63,227 nucleotides of DNA, filler included, from an uncultured Methanosarcinales archaeon (GCA_964472345.1; 14 parts of 14 records of this genome joined end to end with filler, not necessarily neighbours in it); one strand, 5' to 3'; counted from the first letter of the whole stretch, positions 38,705-49,459 are shown. Notes: generated from the sequence alone by a model not told the origin. Made by a program: numbers and translations.

Positions 38705-39708
38705 TGCTGGCGGCCTCTTCATCGCCCGTCAAGCTCAACGCCGGCCAGAAAGGGTTCTACCGAGTCTCCTATGACGATGAGCAGCTCGCGCGGCTGAAGG
38801 AGCTGATTGAAGCAAAGAAGCTCAGCGCGGCAGACCGGTGGGGCGTCCAGCACGACCTGTTCGCCTTCTGCCTCGCCGGGACGTTTCCCGTCAGGCGCTA
38901 TCTTGAGTTCGTCCGGGGCTATGCGCGCGACAGCGAGTACCTCCCATCGGCTGATGTGGCAGCAAACATCTCCCTCCTCTGGCTCCTCTCCGCAGGCGAG
39001 CCGTTCTGGAAGGAGCTCACGGCATTCAGCCTTTCCTACCTCCGGGAAGTCTTTCCGCGGCTCAGGTGGGACGCAGCAGCCGATGAGCCGAGCACCCACA
39101 AGCTCTTCCGGCCGTTCGTGATCAGCGCGCTGGGGCGCCTTGGGGATGATGCTGTCCTGCAGGAGGCGCAGGCACGCTTTGAGCGCTATCGGAAGGATCC
39201 GGGCACGCTGCACCCCGACATCCGAAGCGCAGTCTACGGGCTTGCGGCGTGGACGGGAAACGCGGAGACGCACGCGGTGCTGACGGACCTGTACTTCAAA
39301 GCACTGACCTCGGAAGAAAAAGTGCGCTTCCTCGGCGCGCTCGCAGGCTTCCGGGATGAGAAGCTCCTCCTTACGACGCTCGCATTTGCGCTTTCTCCGG
39401 AAGTGAGGTCGCAGGACCTGATCGTGCCCATCTTCGCCGTTGCCGGCAATCCGCATGGGAAACGGCTCGTCTGGCCGTGGATGCGCGCACACTGGCAGGA
39501 GATTACGGCCAAGTATGGGGCAGGCAGTCCGCTGCTGAACAGGACCCTGGACTCGCTGGCCGTCATCACCGATGCGAAAACTGCAGACGAGATTGAGTCA
39601 TTTTATCAGGAGAACTCCGTGCCCGGCACCGAGCGGAAGATTGCGCAGACGCTCGAAAGGATCCGTATTTACGCAAGGCTGATGGAAAGGATGAGGAAGG
39701 AATTCTGA
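38705..39708 (+). CDS. M1 aminopeptidase C-terminal (ERAP1-like) domain, 5' truncated
   Basis: KLNAGQKGFYRVSY near the contig start, LHPDIRSAVY, VRSQD, QTLERIRI. Confidence 0.85.
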
Positions 39709-39761
39709 TTCCCAGCGCGCATTTCGTAAAATTTAAATATATGTTCAGTTTAAACATAACA

Positions 39762-40010
39762 ATGGCATTTAAAACGATAACCATCAAGACGGGAGTCTAC
39801 CGGGAACTCCTGAGGGTGAAGACGGGGAAAGAAAGCTTCAGCAGCCTCTTCACGCGGCTGCTCCATGAAACACACACCCCGCTCAGGGAGTTTTATGGGG
39901 CCTGGACAGCAGAAAAGGGTGAAGAAAAGAATGCCGAACAGGCGATGAGGGACTTCAGGCGCGAGCTTGAGCAGGATTTCCGCAGGCACCATGAACGTAC
40001 TCGACAGTGA
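39762..40010 (+). CDS. VapB-type antitoxin (DUF217-like)
   Basis: KTITIK..YREL...K..ESFS.L.RLL; overlaps the PIN gene. Confidence 0.85.
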   Translation: MAFKTITIKTGVYRELLRVKTGKESFSSLFTRLLHETHTPLREFYGAWTAEKGEEKNAEQAMRDFRRELEQDFRRHHERTRQ

Positions 40011-40377
40011 TTTTCTCATTGCACTCCTGCGGAAAAACCCCGAGGTGCTCGGCAAGCTCGGAGAGCTGACGGCAAGGGACGAGCCCACCGCAACCACAGT
40101 CTTCAATGCGCACGAGGTTCTCCGCGGAGCGATGGAAACAAAACACAACGCAGAGGTCACTGCACGCTTCCTGAGAAGCCTCCGGATCCTTCCCTATGAT
40201 TTTGAGGCGATGCGCCACGCCCTTGATGTCATCAACGACCTCAAAAGGAAGGGGACCCCCATAGGCCTCTTTGATGAGCTTGTTGCAGGCATCTGCCGTG
40301 CAGCGAATGCGACCATCGTCACGCGCAACATCAAGCATTTCTCATGCGTGCCGGGGCTGAGGGTGGAGCGGTGGTGA
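39991..40377 (+). CDS. vapC: PIN-domain VapC toxin
   Basis: VLDSDFLI, HEV, FDELVAG, VTRNIKHF. Confidence 0.92.
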   Translation: MNVLDSDFLIALLRKNPEVLGKLGELTARDEPTATTVFNAHEVLRGAMETKHNAEVTARFLRSLRILPYDFEAMRHALDVINDLKRKGTPIGLFDELVAGICRAANATIVTRNIKHFSCVPGLRVERW

Positions 40378-40476
40378 GCTGCGCCAGTGGTCTTTCCTGT
40401 GATGAGAACCAATTATAGAAAAAATCCCGACCGTTCCTGATGATGGCTGCTGGTGAAGTGGCTGGAAGGGAGGTAG

Positions 40477-40866
40477 TCAACCTTGGCAGTTCTTTTTTTG
40501 AAGCGGTACATAGGCAAGGAGGTCAGCAAAGCGAACAACTGTTGTTGGAAGGGTACCATCCTTTTTAATCTGACTGGCAAATCCGATGACAACGGAAACT
40601 CCTGCAGGCGGGAGATGAACACTAGGGTGTGTAGTTTGGTCGACATTGATAAACGTTGCACGGCCAAACACCATCACGACCTCAGTTTCCTTTTCACCAA
40701 CAAGATCAGCAAGGCCGCAGGCGTCTCCAGCCATTAATGGCTTCCAAGGTTTATCAGTACTGCCGCTCGGAACAAAAACATTATTATAACCTGTTACTAA
40801 GATGGAAGCGTATTCTGGTAACTTGCTATAGGTCTCTTGAGGAATAGTTGGGGTAACCATGCCCAT
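40477..40866 (-). CDS. Hypothetical protein in an AT-richer patch; start uncertain
   Basis: Longest ORF in the gap between vapC and gltX; no motif recognised. Confidence 0.4.
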   Translation of the reverse strand: MGMVTPTIPQETYSKLPEYASILVTGYNNVFVPSGSTDKPWKPLMAGDACGLADLVGEKETEVVMVFGRATFINVDQTTHPSVHLPPAGVSVVIGFASQIKKDGTLPTTVVRFADLLAYVPLQKKNCQG

Positions 40867-41032
40867 CTCGATGCAGCTCCAGCGTTCATCTTGGAGCGCC
40901 CCATCACCCCTTCTCAGAATGTTGAGATGGCAGTGGCTTATAAGCATTGTGCTGCGGCTGCACGATGGTTGGGCATATCAGAAGAACTCATCACTGACAA
41001 GCTTCTACCGGCAATTGCTTTGGTTGCTCTGC

Positions 41033-42727
41033 CTACTGCTCCAAGAACCAGAACTCCAGCCCCGTCTTCTTTTTCCTGTCCAGCCGGCAGAAGCCGAAGC
41101 GCTCGAACTGGACGACCGCGCCCTCGTGCAGCCCCCCCACCAGGTGCTCGGCCTTGCCCTTCACGAGCGAATCGTCCTCCATGCGCACGGTGATGTTCAC
41201 CGCCTGCTCTGCAGCTGGCAGCCAGTGGATGATCAGCCCGCGGTTCCCGGCACCCTTGAAGCGCTCGTGCTCCTGTGAATGGAACACGAAACTCCTGCCG
41301 CGCCTCTCGAAGTTGAGGCAGTCCATCAGGCGGTGGAGCCTGCCTTCGCCGAGCGCGTCGATATCACGCTCCGCAATCAGGAACTGCCCGCCTGTCTGAA
41401 ACTCGCGGTGGCCTCGCGCGTGGAAATCGGGGTGCAGGTGCAGCCTGACGCGCTGTTCCGGGGCTCCCTTGATGGTGATTTTCCTCGGGCTTGCAACAAA
41501 AAAGTACCGGTTGGCCTGCGGATCGAGCACTTCCTTGTTGAAGTGGTTGATGGCCTTGAAGAACTCCTGCCTGCTGACTTTCTTGTCCGTCTCCGTGATG
41601 CCGACGTCCACCGCATACTTCACGAACGCATCAGGCGTGTAGCCGCGCCTCCGCAGCGCAGGCAGGAACGGCAGCCGGATGTCATCCCATCCCCTGTATT
41701 TCTTCTCAAGGATCAGCTTCTTCGTCTGCGTAGTGCTCAGGTCCATGTCCGTGAAGTTGATCCTGCCGACGTACAATGCGACCGGCATCTCCCAGCCGAA
41801 GCAGTCAAAGATGTAGCGCTGCCGCTTCTCGTTGTCGATATGGTCCTTGGCGCGCAGAGTATGGGTGACGCCGAGCAGCCTGTCGTCAACGGCGACCGCG
41901 AGGTTCATCAGCGGCCAGACGCGGTGCTTCTTCTTCTGCCTCGGATGCGGGTGCTCGTTGATGCGCATCAGCGCAAAGTCGCGCATCGCCGGATTCCGGT
42001 GGCTGAGATCGGTCTTGAGGCGGAGCACCGCTTCTCCCGGCTTGTAGCTGCTGAACATCTTGTCGAAGCGGGTGTGCTGCCCGCCCGCGTCCAGATGACG
42101 GCAGGGGCACGCTTTCCCATCGTTCAACAGCTTCTTGAATGTGTCTTGCTCACAGGTGCAGACATACGCCTTTCCGAGCTGCACGAGCTTTTCCGCCGTA
42201 TCATAATAATGCCCGAGGCGGTCGCTCTGCACGATGACGTCCGCGACCGCTCCCCCGGTGAGCCACTGCGCGTCCTCGGGAATCATGGAGTACGCCTTGG
42301 CATAGATATTCTCCGGGTTGGTGTCCTCGATGCGCAGGAGCAGCTTCCCGCCGTATTTCCTGCAGAGCTCTGCGTTCAACGCAAGCACGTAGGCATGGCC
42401 AAGGTGCAGCGGGCCCGACGGGCTTGGCGCGAAGCGCATGACGACCTTGCCCTCAGCGGCGCCGGGCAGTGCGAGCTGCTTCTCCTGCGGCTTCTCTTTC
42501 TGCTCGAGCAGCTCAGGGGCGAGGTGCTGCAGACGCTTCCTCTGCTCGTCCGGCGGAAGCCGCGCAACTTCCCCGATGACCGCTTCAATTTCGGCACGGA
42601 GGTTCGGCACGTCGCGCTTCAGCTCCGGATGCTCCGCGAGCACCTTGCCGAGCACGGCGTTGGGATTCGCCTTTCCGCCGAAGTCAACGGCGTTCTTGAG
42701 GACGTGCTTCTCGATGAGGGGTTTCAT
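41033..42727 (-). CDS. gltX: Glutamate--tRNA ligase, archaeal type
   Basis: RFAPSPSGPLHLGH, LRIEDTNP, GWDDIRLP, VQFERFGF. Confidence 0.97.
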   Translation of the reverse strand: MKPLIEKHVLKNAVDFGGKANPNAVLGKVLAEHPELKRDVPNLRAEIEAVIGEVARLPPDEQRKRLQHLAPELLEQKEKPQEKQLALPGAAEGKVVMRFAPSPSGPLHLGHAYVLALNAELCRKYGGKLLLRIEDTNPENIYAKAYSMIPEDAQWLTGGAVADVIVQSDRLGHYYDTAEKLVQLGKAYVCTCEQDTFKKLLNDGKACPCRHLDAGGQHTRFDKMFSSYKPGEAVLRLKTDLSHRNPAMRDFALMRINEHPHPRQKKKHRVWPLMNLAVAVDDRLLGVTHTLRAKDHIDNEKRQRYIFDCFGWEMPVALYVGRINFTDMDLSTTQTKKLILEKKYRGWDDIRLPFLPALRRRGYTPDAFVKYAVDVGITETDKKVSRQEFFKAINHFNKEVLDPQANRYFFVASPRKITIKGAPEQRVRLHLHPDFHARGHREFQTGGQFLIAERDIDALGEGRLHRLMDCLNFERRGRSFVFHSQEHERFKGAGNRGLIIHWLPAAEQAVNITVRMEDDSLVKGKAEHLVGGLHEGAVVQFERFGFCRLDRKKKTGLEFWFLEQ

Positions 42728-42873
42728 ATGGATGGCTAATCTTGAGGCGGATTATAAAGGTTATGAAGCAGTCNNNNNNNNNNNNNNNNNNNNNNNNNNN
42801 NNNNNNNNNNNNNNNNNTTAATTAATTAANNNNNNNNNNNNNNNNNNNNNNNNNNNNNNNNNNNNNNNNNNNN

Positions 42874-42950
42874 ATCACCACCAGCACCACAAGAACGATA
42901 ATCGCAATGATAATCGTATTCAGCGGCAGTCCTTGGCCTTTTCGATGCAT
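42874..42950 (-). CDS. Pilin-like protein with class III signal peptide, truncated (not in the ORF track)
   Basis: GAGGTGA RBS; MHRKGQGLPLNTIIIAIIVLVVLVV fits K-G/Q followed by a hydrophobic stretch. Confidence 0.7.
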
Positions 42951-42998
42951 GAGCATTCACCTCATTTTCAGGATGTGCATACAAAAACGCCTTCCTTT

Positions 42999-43706
42999 TT
43001 AAACTTTTGCGCGGAAAGCGTCGCCCCGCAGCCGCACAATCCTCGCCGCATCCTTGCTTGTGGTAATCGCCAGCCTGCCGCCTTCCCGCAGCACCATCAG
43101 CTCCGGATGGTTGTCAACAGCGACATGCGCCAGCCCGCGCGTCAGCTGAACCACGATCCGCGCTGCGTTGTCAAGCATCAGCGGCGCCTGCACCCGGGTC
43201 GTGTTGTTCAGCGCAATGCCGATACCTTCCTCAAAATGCTGCCGGGTGATGGAGCGGAAATAGCCCTCGCTGCCGAACGCCGTTGCAACAACAATGCCGT
43301 CGCCGATCCACTCTCCTCCGATCCGCTTTCCGTTCACCTGCAGCGTGAAGCGGATCGCCTCCGTCGGGGAGACGTTCCGCAGCACGGCATCATTCACCGC
43401 TTCGAGGGTGCGCCCGTCCGCCCGCACCCGGAGCTTGCCGAACGCTTCCACCCTGAACGTGCCGGCAAGAAGCCGACGGATGCCTTCATCAAGATTGTCC
43501 CAGTCGCACTTGTTGCAGATGCTCTGCTCACGGACAAGGAGCTTGGGCACCGCGGGAAAGGCCCGCTCCGCCGCGAGAAAAGTGCCATCTCCGCCGAGCG
43601 CGATGACGATGTCCGGCCGCTGGCTGAGAGACGCACGATAGCGCCGTATCGTCCCGAGGTGCTTCCGCAGGCGTGCAGGATCGCGGCTGACGATCGCAAG
43701 TCTCAT
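42999..43706 (-). CDS. nadK: NAD kinase
   Basis: ALGGDGTFL, AVND, GDGIVVATAFGSEGY. Confidence 0.88.
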   Translation of the reverse strand: MRLAIVSRDPARLRKHLGTIRRYRASLSQRPDIVIALGGDGTFLAAERAFPAVPKLLVREQSICNKCDWDNLDEGIRRLLAGTFRVEAFGKLRVRADGRTLEAVNDAVLRNVSPTEAIRFTLQVNGKRIGGEWIGDGIVVATAFGSEGYFRSITRQHFEEGIGIALNNTTRVQAPLMLDNAARIVVQLTRGLAHVAVDNHPELMVLREGGRLAITTSKDAARIVRLRGDAFRAKV

Positions 43707-43746
43707 GGGGAAAAAGAAAGAATGCCAGCTTAAAAAACCTTCCGAA

Positions 43747-44007
43747 CTACGCCGCCAGCCCCAGCGCCTCGTCCAGCGCTTCCCGGTCAAAGCCGACGAT
43801 GACCACCGGCTCCGCGCCTTCCTTCTCGACCTCGATTACCGGAACGCCGAGCTGCCCGCTCTTCTCGATCAGCGCCTTGCGCGCCTTTTCGTCAGCGGCG
43901 ACGTTCACCTCAGCGTACTTGACCTTGTGCTGCTTGAAATACTCCTTGGTGCGGTGGCACCACGGGCAGGTGGGTGTTGTATAAATCGTGACCTTCGGTT
44001 GAGCCAT
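43747..44007 (-). CDS. Glutaredoxin (NrdH/YruB-like)
   Basis: YTTPTCPWC, GQLGVPVI, VGFD; GAGGAGG RBS. Confidence 0.93.
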   Translation of the reverse strand: MAQPKVTIYTTPTCPWCHRTKEYFKQHKVKYAEVNVAADEKARKALIEKSGQLGVPVIEVEKEGAEPVVIVGFDREALDEALGLAA

Positions 44008-44081
44008 GGGATGCCTCCTCGCACCGGTGGGGGAGTGCCCTCGTTTTTAAATGTTTTCCTTCAGCCGATGACTTTACCTTG

Positions 44082-44825
44082 TTACCCCATAGTGCTGAAA
44101 TTATAGTCCCGCGTGCGGATTGCGGCGGCGCACTCGTAGAACACGCGCCACACCTTCCCTTCCGCCAGCTGCATCCAGAACAGGAAGCGCTCCTTCGTCT
44201 CCGGATCGAGCCGGCTGCCGGTATTCAGCACCGCTTCCGCAAGGAGATATTGGATCACGGTCCCCGCGCTGGCCGGCGCCGAGAGCGCAGTGAACGTCGG
44301 CAGGGAGGCGAAATCGTCCGGCAGCTGCATCTCACCGTACTGAACCGCCACCCCGCTTCCGACAAAAGAGTACAGCTGCGCAACATCAAGCACGGGCTGC
44401 TCCGTGGTGAGCACATAGCGCTCCCGCTGCGGCGCACGGCCTTTTCGCGCGGCGGGAGCGCGCTGGCGCTGGTAGATGGCCGTATCATCAGCCTCTATCT
44501 CAAGCTCGGGCTCTTCAGGATCAGCATACTGCTGCCGCAGGCCTGCGATCCGCTGGATGCTCTCGCCGATCTCCGCAAGCCCGCGCTTCGCTGTTGCGAT
44601 CAGGCGCTCGAGCATCGGCTGCTGCGTTGGTGGCTGCTCGGCTCGCGGGGGAAGGATCAGCCTGCGCACAGAAATGGAACCCTGCTGGCGCAAAAGAACG
44701 GCGTTCGGGAAAACACGCACAGGCTGCTCCTGAGCCTTCCGCACAGCGCTTGCGGAGCCCCAGTCGGTGCTGCTGCAGGTGAGCACTGCCTTCCGGACCA
44801 GCTCCTCAAGCACCTCTGATCGCAT
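44082..44825 (-). CDS. Hypothetical protein
   Basis: About 247-aa ORF with TATA (TTTATATA, about 44859-44866) and GAGGGG RBS. Confidence 0.6.
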   Translation of the reverse strand: MRSEVLEELVRKAVLTCSSTDWGSASAVRKAQEQPVRVFPNAVLLRQQGSISVRRLILPPRAEQPPTQQPMLERLIATAKRGLAEIGESIQRIAGLRQQYADPEEPELEIEADDTAIYQRQRAPAARKGRAPQRERYVLTTEQPVLDVAQLYSFVGSGVAVQYGEMQLPDDFASLPTFTALSAPASAGTVIQYLLAEAVLNTGSRLDPETKERFLFWMQLAEGKVWRVFYECAAAIRTRDYNFSTMG

Positions 44826-45019
44826 AAATCCCCTCACAGAATGCAGGGCAGAGCCAGTTATATAAATATTGTTCTCACCCGCCCCACAACCGCAAAGAGC
44901 GCCGCCGCCAGTGCCGCGAGTGCGAGCGGGCTGGAGTTATCGGAAGAAGCGCGGCCGGCTGCAACATGTTCCGATTCGCACAAGCCAGTGCCATGCGAAA
45001 TGATGAATGGGTCAGTGCA

Positions 45020-46537
45020 CTAGATCGACGTCGCGACATACACCGCATGCTTCGCTTCCTTCCCGCACACGCAGCACCGCGCGCCTTTCTTCACCGGCTC
45101 AGCATGCAGGGGGGTCCCGCACACGACCGCCGTCGTCTTGGCTTTCAGCGCCTCAGCGCACGCCGCACCGTCCATTTCCATCGAGCACCACGGCACCTTG
45201 ACAAAGCCGCGGTGCTTCTTCAGGATGTCCTGCACATCATCAGCCGAGACCGCCGCTTTCGTGTTGTTCGCGAACGAGGCCTCCGCGCGCTCCCGGATTG
45301 AGGTATCCACCAGTTCCGCCTGCTTCTGCAGCTCCTTGCCGAGGAGATGCTTGTCCGTCTCGATGCGCTCCTTCTTCCCATCCGTCCGGCGGACAATGGT
45401 CGCGCTCCCGGCGGCAGCCTCGCGCGGCCCTAACTCAAGCCGCAGCGGAGCGCCCTTCAGCTCCCACTGGTTGAACTTCTCTCCCGGCGTGATGCCCTCC
45501 CGCTCGTCAACCTGCACGCGATAGCCAAGGGCTGCAATCCGCTCCCGCAGCGCCTCGCACTGCTTCCGCACCGCTGCATTTTCCTTCGCTTTGTCCGCAA
45601 ACAGGATGGGCACGATCGCGATTTGCACCGGCGCAACGGCGAATGGCAGCACCAGCCCGTGCCCATCGCCGTGGATCGCGATCAGCGCAGCAAGGATCCG
45701 CCAGATCCCCGGCCCGAAGCATGTCTGGTGGCCGTACTTCTCCGGGCCATCCTTGTCGGTGAACGCCACGTGAAACGCTTCCGCGAAGTTTGTCCCGAGA
45801 TCGTGCGTGCTGCTTATCTGGCTTCTTCGTCCATCAGGATTCAGCGTGTCGCTCGCAAAGGTGAGATCGGCCCCCTTGAACTTGTCCCACTGCGGCCGCC
45901 GGAAAAAGATGAACGGGATGAACAGCTTGTTGCGGACGACCGCTTCCATCATGCGCATGTCGCTCTCGATCTGCCGCACGGCATCGTCATGCGTCGCAAA
46001 CACATCATGCGTCTCGAAGAACAGGAACTCTCTGCCGCGCAGGAACGGCCGCGTCGCCATCTCGTTGCGGAACACGGTGATCCTGCTCTGGTACCGCTTG
46101 AACGGCAGATCCTGGTAGCTCCGGATCCATAATGAATACATCGGATAGATCTGCGTCTCTCCCGTCGGCCTCAGCGCAAGCCTCCGCTCCAGCTTCTCCC
46201 CGCCGGCATGCGTCACCCAGAACACGTCCGGCATGAACCCCGCATGCTCCGCCTCCTTCAGCAGGTTCTCCTCGGGGATTACCGTCGGCATCAGCATCGG
46301 CTCATGCCCGTCTGCTTCTACCGCTTCCTCAAAATACTGGTAGAGAGTGCGCGCAATCCTCAGCGCCCACGGAAGGTGCACGACAAACCCCTGCACCCCA
46401 TAGCGGATGTCCGCCAGCTCCGCTTTCTGCACGACCTGCGTGAACCACTCGCTGAAGTTCTCCTCCTTGGTGACGGTGATGCCCTTCTCGTCAGTTTTCG
46501 GCTGCGTCGCGGCCTTCATCGCTTGTGCGGCACCCAT
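45020..46537 (-). CDS. proS: Proline--tRNA ligase, archaeal/eukaryotic type
   Basis: NFSEWF, LRPTGET, PFLRGREF, HDLGTNFA, WELKGAPLRLELGPRE, C-terminal zinc motif. Confidence 0.97.
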   Translation of the reverse strand: MGAAQAMKAATQPKTDEKGITVTKEENFSEWFTQVVQKAELADIRYGVQGFVVHLPWALRIARTLYQYFEEAVEADGHEPMLMPTVIPEENLLKEAEHAGFMPDVFWVTHAGGEKLERRLALRPTGETQIYPMYSLWIRSYQDLPFKRYQSRITVFRNEMATRPFLRGREFLFFETHDVFATHDDAVRQIESDMRMMEAVVRNKLFIPFIFFRRPQWDKFKGADLTFASDTLNPDGRRSQISSTHDLGTNFAEAFHVAFTDKDGPEKYGHQTCFGPGIWRILAALIAIHGDGHGLVLPFAVAPVQIAIVPILFADKAKENAAVRKQCEALRERIAALGYRVQVDEREGITPGEKFNQWELKGAPLRLELGPREAAAGSATIVRRTDGKKERIETDKHLLGKELQKQAELVDTSIRERAEASFANNTKAAVSADDVQDILKKHRGFVKVPWCSMEMDGAACAEALKAKTTAVVCGTPLHAEPVKKGARCCVCGKEAKHAVYVATSI

Positions 46538-46594
46538 GGACGGGGAATGCGTAAGGGTTGTTTATAAACGCTTCGAACCGGCCCGCTGGGCACC

Positions 46595-46879
46595 CTATTT
46601 CTTACCCCGCTTCATCTCCTTTACAACCTTCTTGAACGCCTCGACCTGCCGCTCGGTTAAGGCGCCGAAGCGCAGGTACGCCGCCTTGATGTCGCGCAGG
46701 AAAAAGCTCTGCTCGTATAGCGCCGGCTCGAGGTCGAACAGCTTCTTGAAGACCGGATCGGTGATCGGCTTGTCGAAATCGCGCGTCTGGCAGGGGACGC
46801 AGATCGGCTTCTGGCGCCCGGAGGTGATGAGCACCATGTTCTTCCTGCAGAGCATGCATCGCTGTTTGTAGAGGACCAT
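46595..46879 (-). CDS. Small zinc-finger hypothetical protein
   Basis: CxxC..CxxC near the N-terminus; C-terminal LTERQVEAFKK. Confidence 0.75.
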   Translation of the reverse strand: MVLYKQRCMLCRKNMVLITSGRQKPICVPCQTRDFDKPITDPVFKKLFDLEPALYEQSFFLRDIKAAYLRFGALTERQVEAFKKVVKEMKRGKK

Positions 46880-47386
46880 GGTGAAGCAGGCGGGGAAAGA
46901 GTGCAGAGAGATGCCTGGAGCAGTTAAACCTTTCGATGGANNNNNNNNNNNNNNNNNNNNNNNNNNNNNNNNNNNNNNNNNNNNTTAATTAATTAANNNN
47001 NNNNNNNNNNNNNNNNNNNNNNNNNNNNNNNNNNNNNNNNTGATGGAGAGCCCATCCGGCTGAAGCTGCCGCTGCTGGGCATGAGGATCCCGCGCAGGCG
47101 CCGCCCCGCCGCCGTGAAGCATCAGGCTCCGCATCGTGCAGGGAGCAGACCGGCAGGCGGGGCTGCGGTGCGCCTGGAGCTGCCGCTGCTCGGTCTTGGC
47201 CACAGGCGGAGTGGAGAGAGCCACCTGCACCACGTGCAGCGGAGGCTGCGCTCGCGCCATCGTCGCTGACAATGTCCGCCATGAAAGCGCGCCGCCCGCA
47301 CCGCCGCCAATAGCACTTCCCAGCCAACGAATAACTGCGTGTGCAAAGGTTAATAAATCACGGAAAGATTATCCGAGGTGGAAGAT

Positions 47387-48244
47387 ATGGCGAAAAAGAG
47401 GAGACAGGGGCGGCGGGGCGGCGCAGCAGTTCGCGGCTCAAGCGCCATTGCTGCAGTCCATCATCATCTTGACCGCGAGGGCAAGGACTGCAAAAAGCTG
47501 AAGTTCGGCATCGCAGGCTTCGACAAGCTCTTCCGCGAAGGCATCCCTGAAGGGAGCGCCGTGCTGGTCGAAGGCGGCCCAGGCTCGGGGAAGACGATCC
47601 TGTCGCTGCAGATTGCACATGCGGCCGCAAAGAAAGGGCTCCGCGTGCTGTACATGAGCTTTGAGGAGCCCGAGCACCGCCTTCGGGCGCACATGGAGCA
47701 CTTCGGCTGGCACACGCAGCAGCTGGAGGCGCAGGGGCTGTTCCGCCTGAAGAGGTTCAATTCGCTCGACATCGCGCGCTCCGTGGAAGCGCTGCTGTCG
47801 GAGGCGAAGAAAGAGCTGCTGATCGAGATCCAGCCGGTGCTGATCCCTAAGGACTTCAAGCCCGAAATCGTGTGCGTCGACTCGCTGTCAGCGATTGCCT
47901 CGGCGTTCTCGGGAGAGGAGTCGCGGTTCCGCGTGTACATGGAGCAGCTGTTCCGCTACCTCGAGAGCAACGGCATCACCTCCTTCCTGATCCGCGAGGT
48001 GGCGAATCCGGTGCACATCGGACTGACGTACGTCGAGCCGGGCGAGGCGGTGAGCTTCCTTTCCGACGGCATCATCGTGCTCTACAATGTGGTGTACCCC
48101 AACGGGAAGCGCACGCGAGCCATCGAGGTGCTCAAGATGCGCGGCGAGGAGATCGACCGCAGGATCATTGAGGCGGAAATCACGCGCCGGGGCTGGGCGG
48201 TGTATCCGCGGCGTCCGATCAAAGGGAACTATAAGATGACCTGA
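47387..48244 (+). CDS. Single-domain KaiC/RAD55-like RecA-superfamily ATPase
   Basis: GFDKLF.EGIP, GGPGSGKT, SFEE, VDSLS, LSDGIIVL, IEVLKMRG. Confidence 0.92.
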   Translation: MAKKRRQGRRGGAAVRGSSAIAAVHHHLDREGKDCKKLKFGIAGFDKLFREGIPEGSAVLVEGGPGSGKTILSLQIAHAAAKKGLRVLYMSFEEPEHRLRAHMEHFGWHTQQLEAQGLFRLKRFNSLDIARSVEALLSEAKKELLIEIQPVLIPKDFKPEIVCVDSLSAIASAFSGEESRFRVYMEQLFRYLESNGITSFLIREVANPVHIGLTYVEPGEAVSFLSDGIIVLYNVVYPNGKRTRAIEVLKMRGEEIDRRIIEAEITRRGWAVYPRRPIKGNYKMT

Positions 48245-48274
48245 GGCTTTCGGCCTTCGCTTTGGGAGTGTTTT

Positions 48275-49171
48275 ATGAGCAACGCAGGCATCCTTTTTGG
48301 CATTGCTGCGCTGCTTGCGTTCGGCATCGTGCGCGTCCTGCAGTCGCGGCTGATCCATCGTGCCGGTGTGTTCACTGCGCTGTTCTGGGCGTACGTCGCG
48401 GAAGGAGCGTTCGTTGCGCTGGTGTTTGCGCTGAGCGGTGCGAGGCTTTCCCCCAACCTTCGGATGGCCGGCCTTGCGCTGCTGCTCGGTGTCATCGGAG
48501 CGGCTGCGATCGCCTCGTTCTACCGTGCGACGCAGCTCGGCAGTGTCTCCATCGTCTCGGCGGTCTCGCAGACGTTTGTGGTGCTCACCGTCGCGCTTTC
48601 CCTGCTGTTTCTTGGCGAGCGCCTGAGCTGGATGCGTCTCGGAGGGGTTGCGCTTGCCGTGAGCGGAGCCGTGCTCGTTTCGCTGAAAACTGCTGTGCTG
48701 CGGCTGCGCTTGCCGCGACGGGATGCTCCGTGGGCGTTGCGGGGCACACGAGCGTGGCGGGGGCTCGCTGCCGGCGTCCCGTGGGCCGCGCTGACCGCAG
48801 TGCTCTGGGGCGTGTTCTTTTTTGCATACCGGTTCCTCGTCGCTGATGTTGGCGTGATAGGCGCCGCGCTGCTCGTGGAGCTTGCGGTGATGCTCTGCTT
48901 TGTGATCGCGGCGTTCCGCTTCAGGCTGCGGCGCCTGGATGCGCGCTCACGGCGGCTTGCGGCAGCAGTCGGCTTTCTCGTCGCGCTCGGGGCGCTGGCA
49001 TATAATGCGGGCATTGCCGCTGCGCCGGTCTCGCTCATCGCCCCGCTCGCCGGCGCGTCGCCCATCGTCACGGCGCTGCTCGCGCGCACATTTTTACATG
49101 AGAGGCTTGCCATCCACCAGATTGCGGGCATCGCTGTCGGCGTTGCGGGTGTGGTGCTGCTGTCGGTGTGA
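48275..49171 (+). CDS. DMT/EamA-family transporter
   Basis: About 10 TMs in two repeats ending LFLGERL and FLHERL. Confidence 0.88.
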   Translation: MSNAGILFGIAALLAFGIVRVLQSRLIHRAGVFTALFWAYVAEGAFVALVFALSGARLSPNLRMAGLALLLGVIGAAAIASFYRATQLGSVSIVSAVSQTFVVLTVALSLLFLGERLSWMRLGGVALAVSGAVLVSLKTAVLRLRLPRRDAPWALRGTRAWRGLAAGVPWAALTAVLWGVFFFAYRFLVADVGVIGAALLVELAVMLCFVIAAFRFRLRRLDARSRRLAAAVGFLVALGALAYNAGIAAAPVSLIAPLAGASPIVTALLARTFLHERLAIHQIAGIAVGVAGVVLLSV

Positions 49172-49222
49172 TGGTGCGCAACTGGCTTCAGCGAGCGCCT
49201 GCTTCCATTTCCTCTTTTCGGC

Positions 49223-49459
49223 TCACAACATCCTCAGAAACTCCTCACGGGACAGCCCCGCCTGCCGAAGGATACTCAGGAATGTCCCGATGGGAATCTC
49301 CTTGCTCCCGTGCTCAGGCACTGTTACGAGGCGCCTGTTGCCGCCCTTATCCTCCCCGACAAGATGGACGTGAGATCCTGTCTGATTCCTTCGCTCAAAG
49401 CCTGCACGCTCTAACGCCCTGATAATCTCTTTTCCGGTGAGAACGGGGAGCTTTGGCAT
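49223..49459 (-). CDS. hicA: HicA toxin
   Basis: LERAGF..QTGSHV..VTVPEH..GT..SILRQAG. Confidence 0.93.
   Translation of the reverse strand: MPKLPVLTGKEIIRALERAGFERRNQTGSHVHLVGEDKGGNRRLVTVPEHGSKEIPIGTFLSILRQAGLSREEFLRML

Noticed and set aside
47041..47330. Ala/Gly/Arg-rich ORFs upstream of the KaiC-like gene
   Set aside because: Low complexity, overlapping ORFs in several frames, truncated by the contig edge; no frame can be supported.
47387..48244. Circadian clock KaiC
   Set aside because: Single RecA-like domain and no kaiA/kaiB; this is the common archaeal KaiC-like ATPase.
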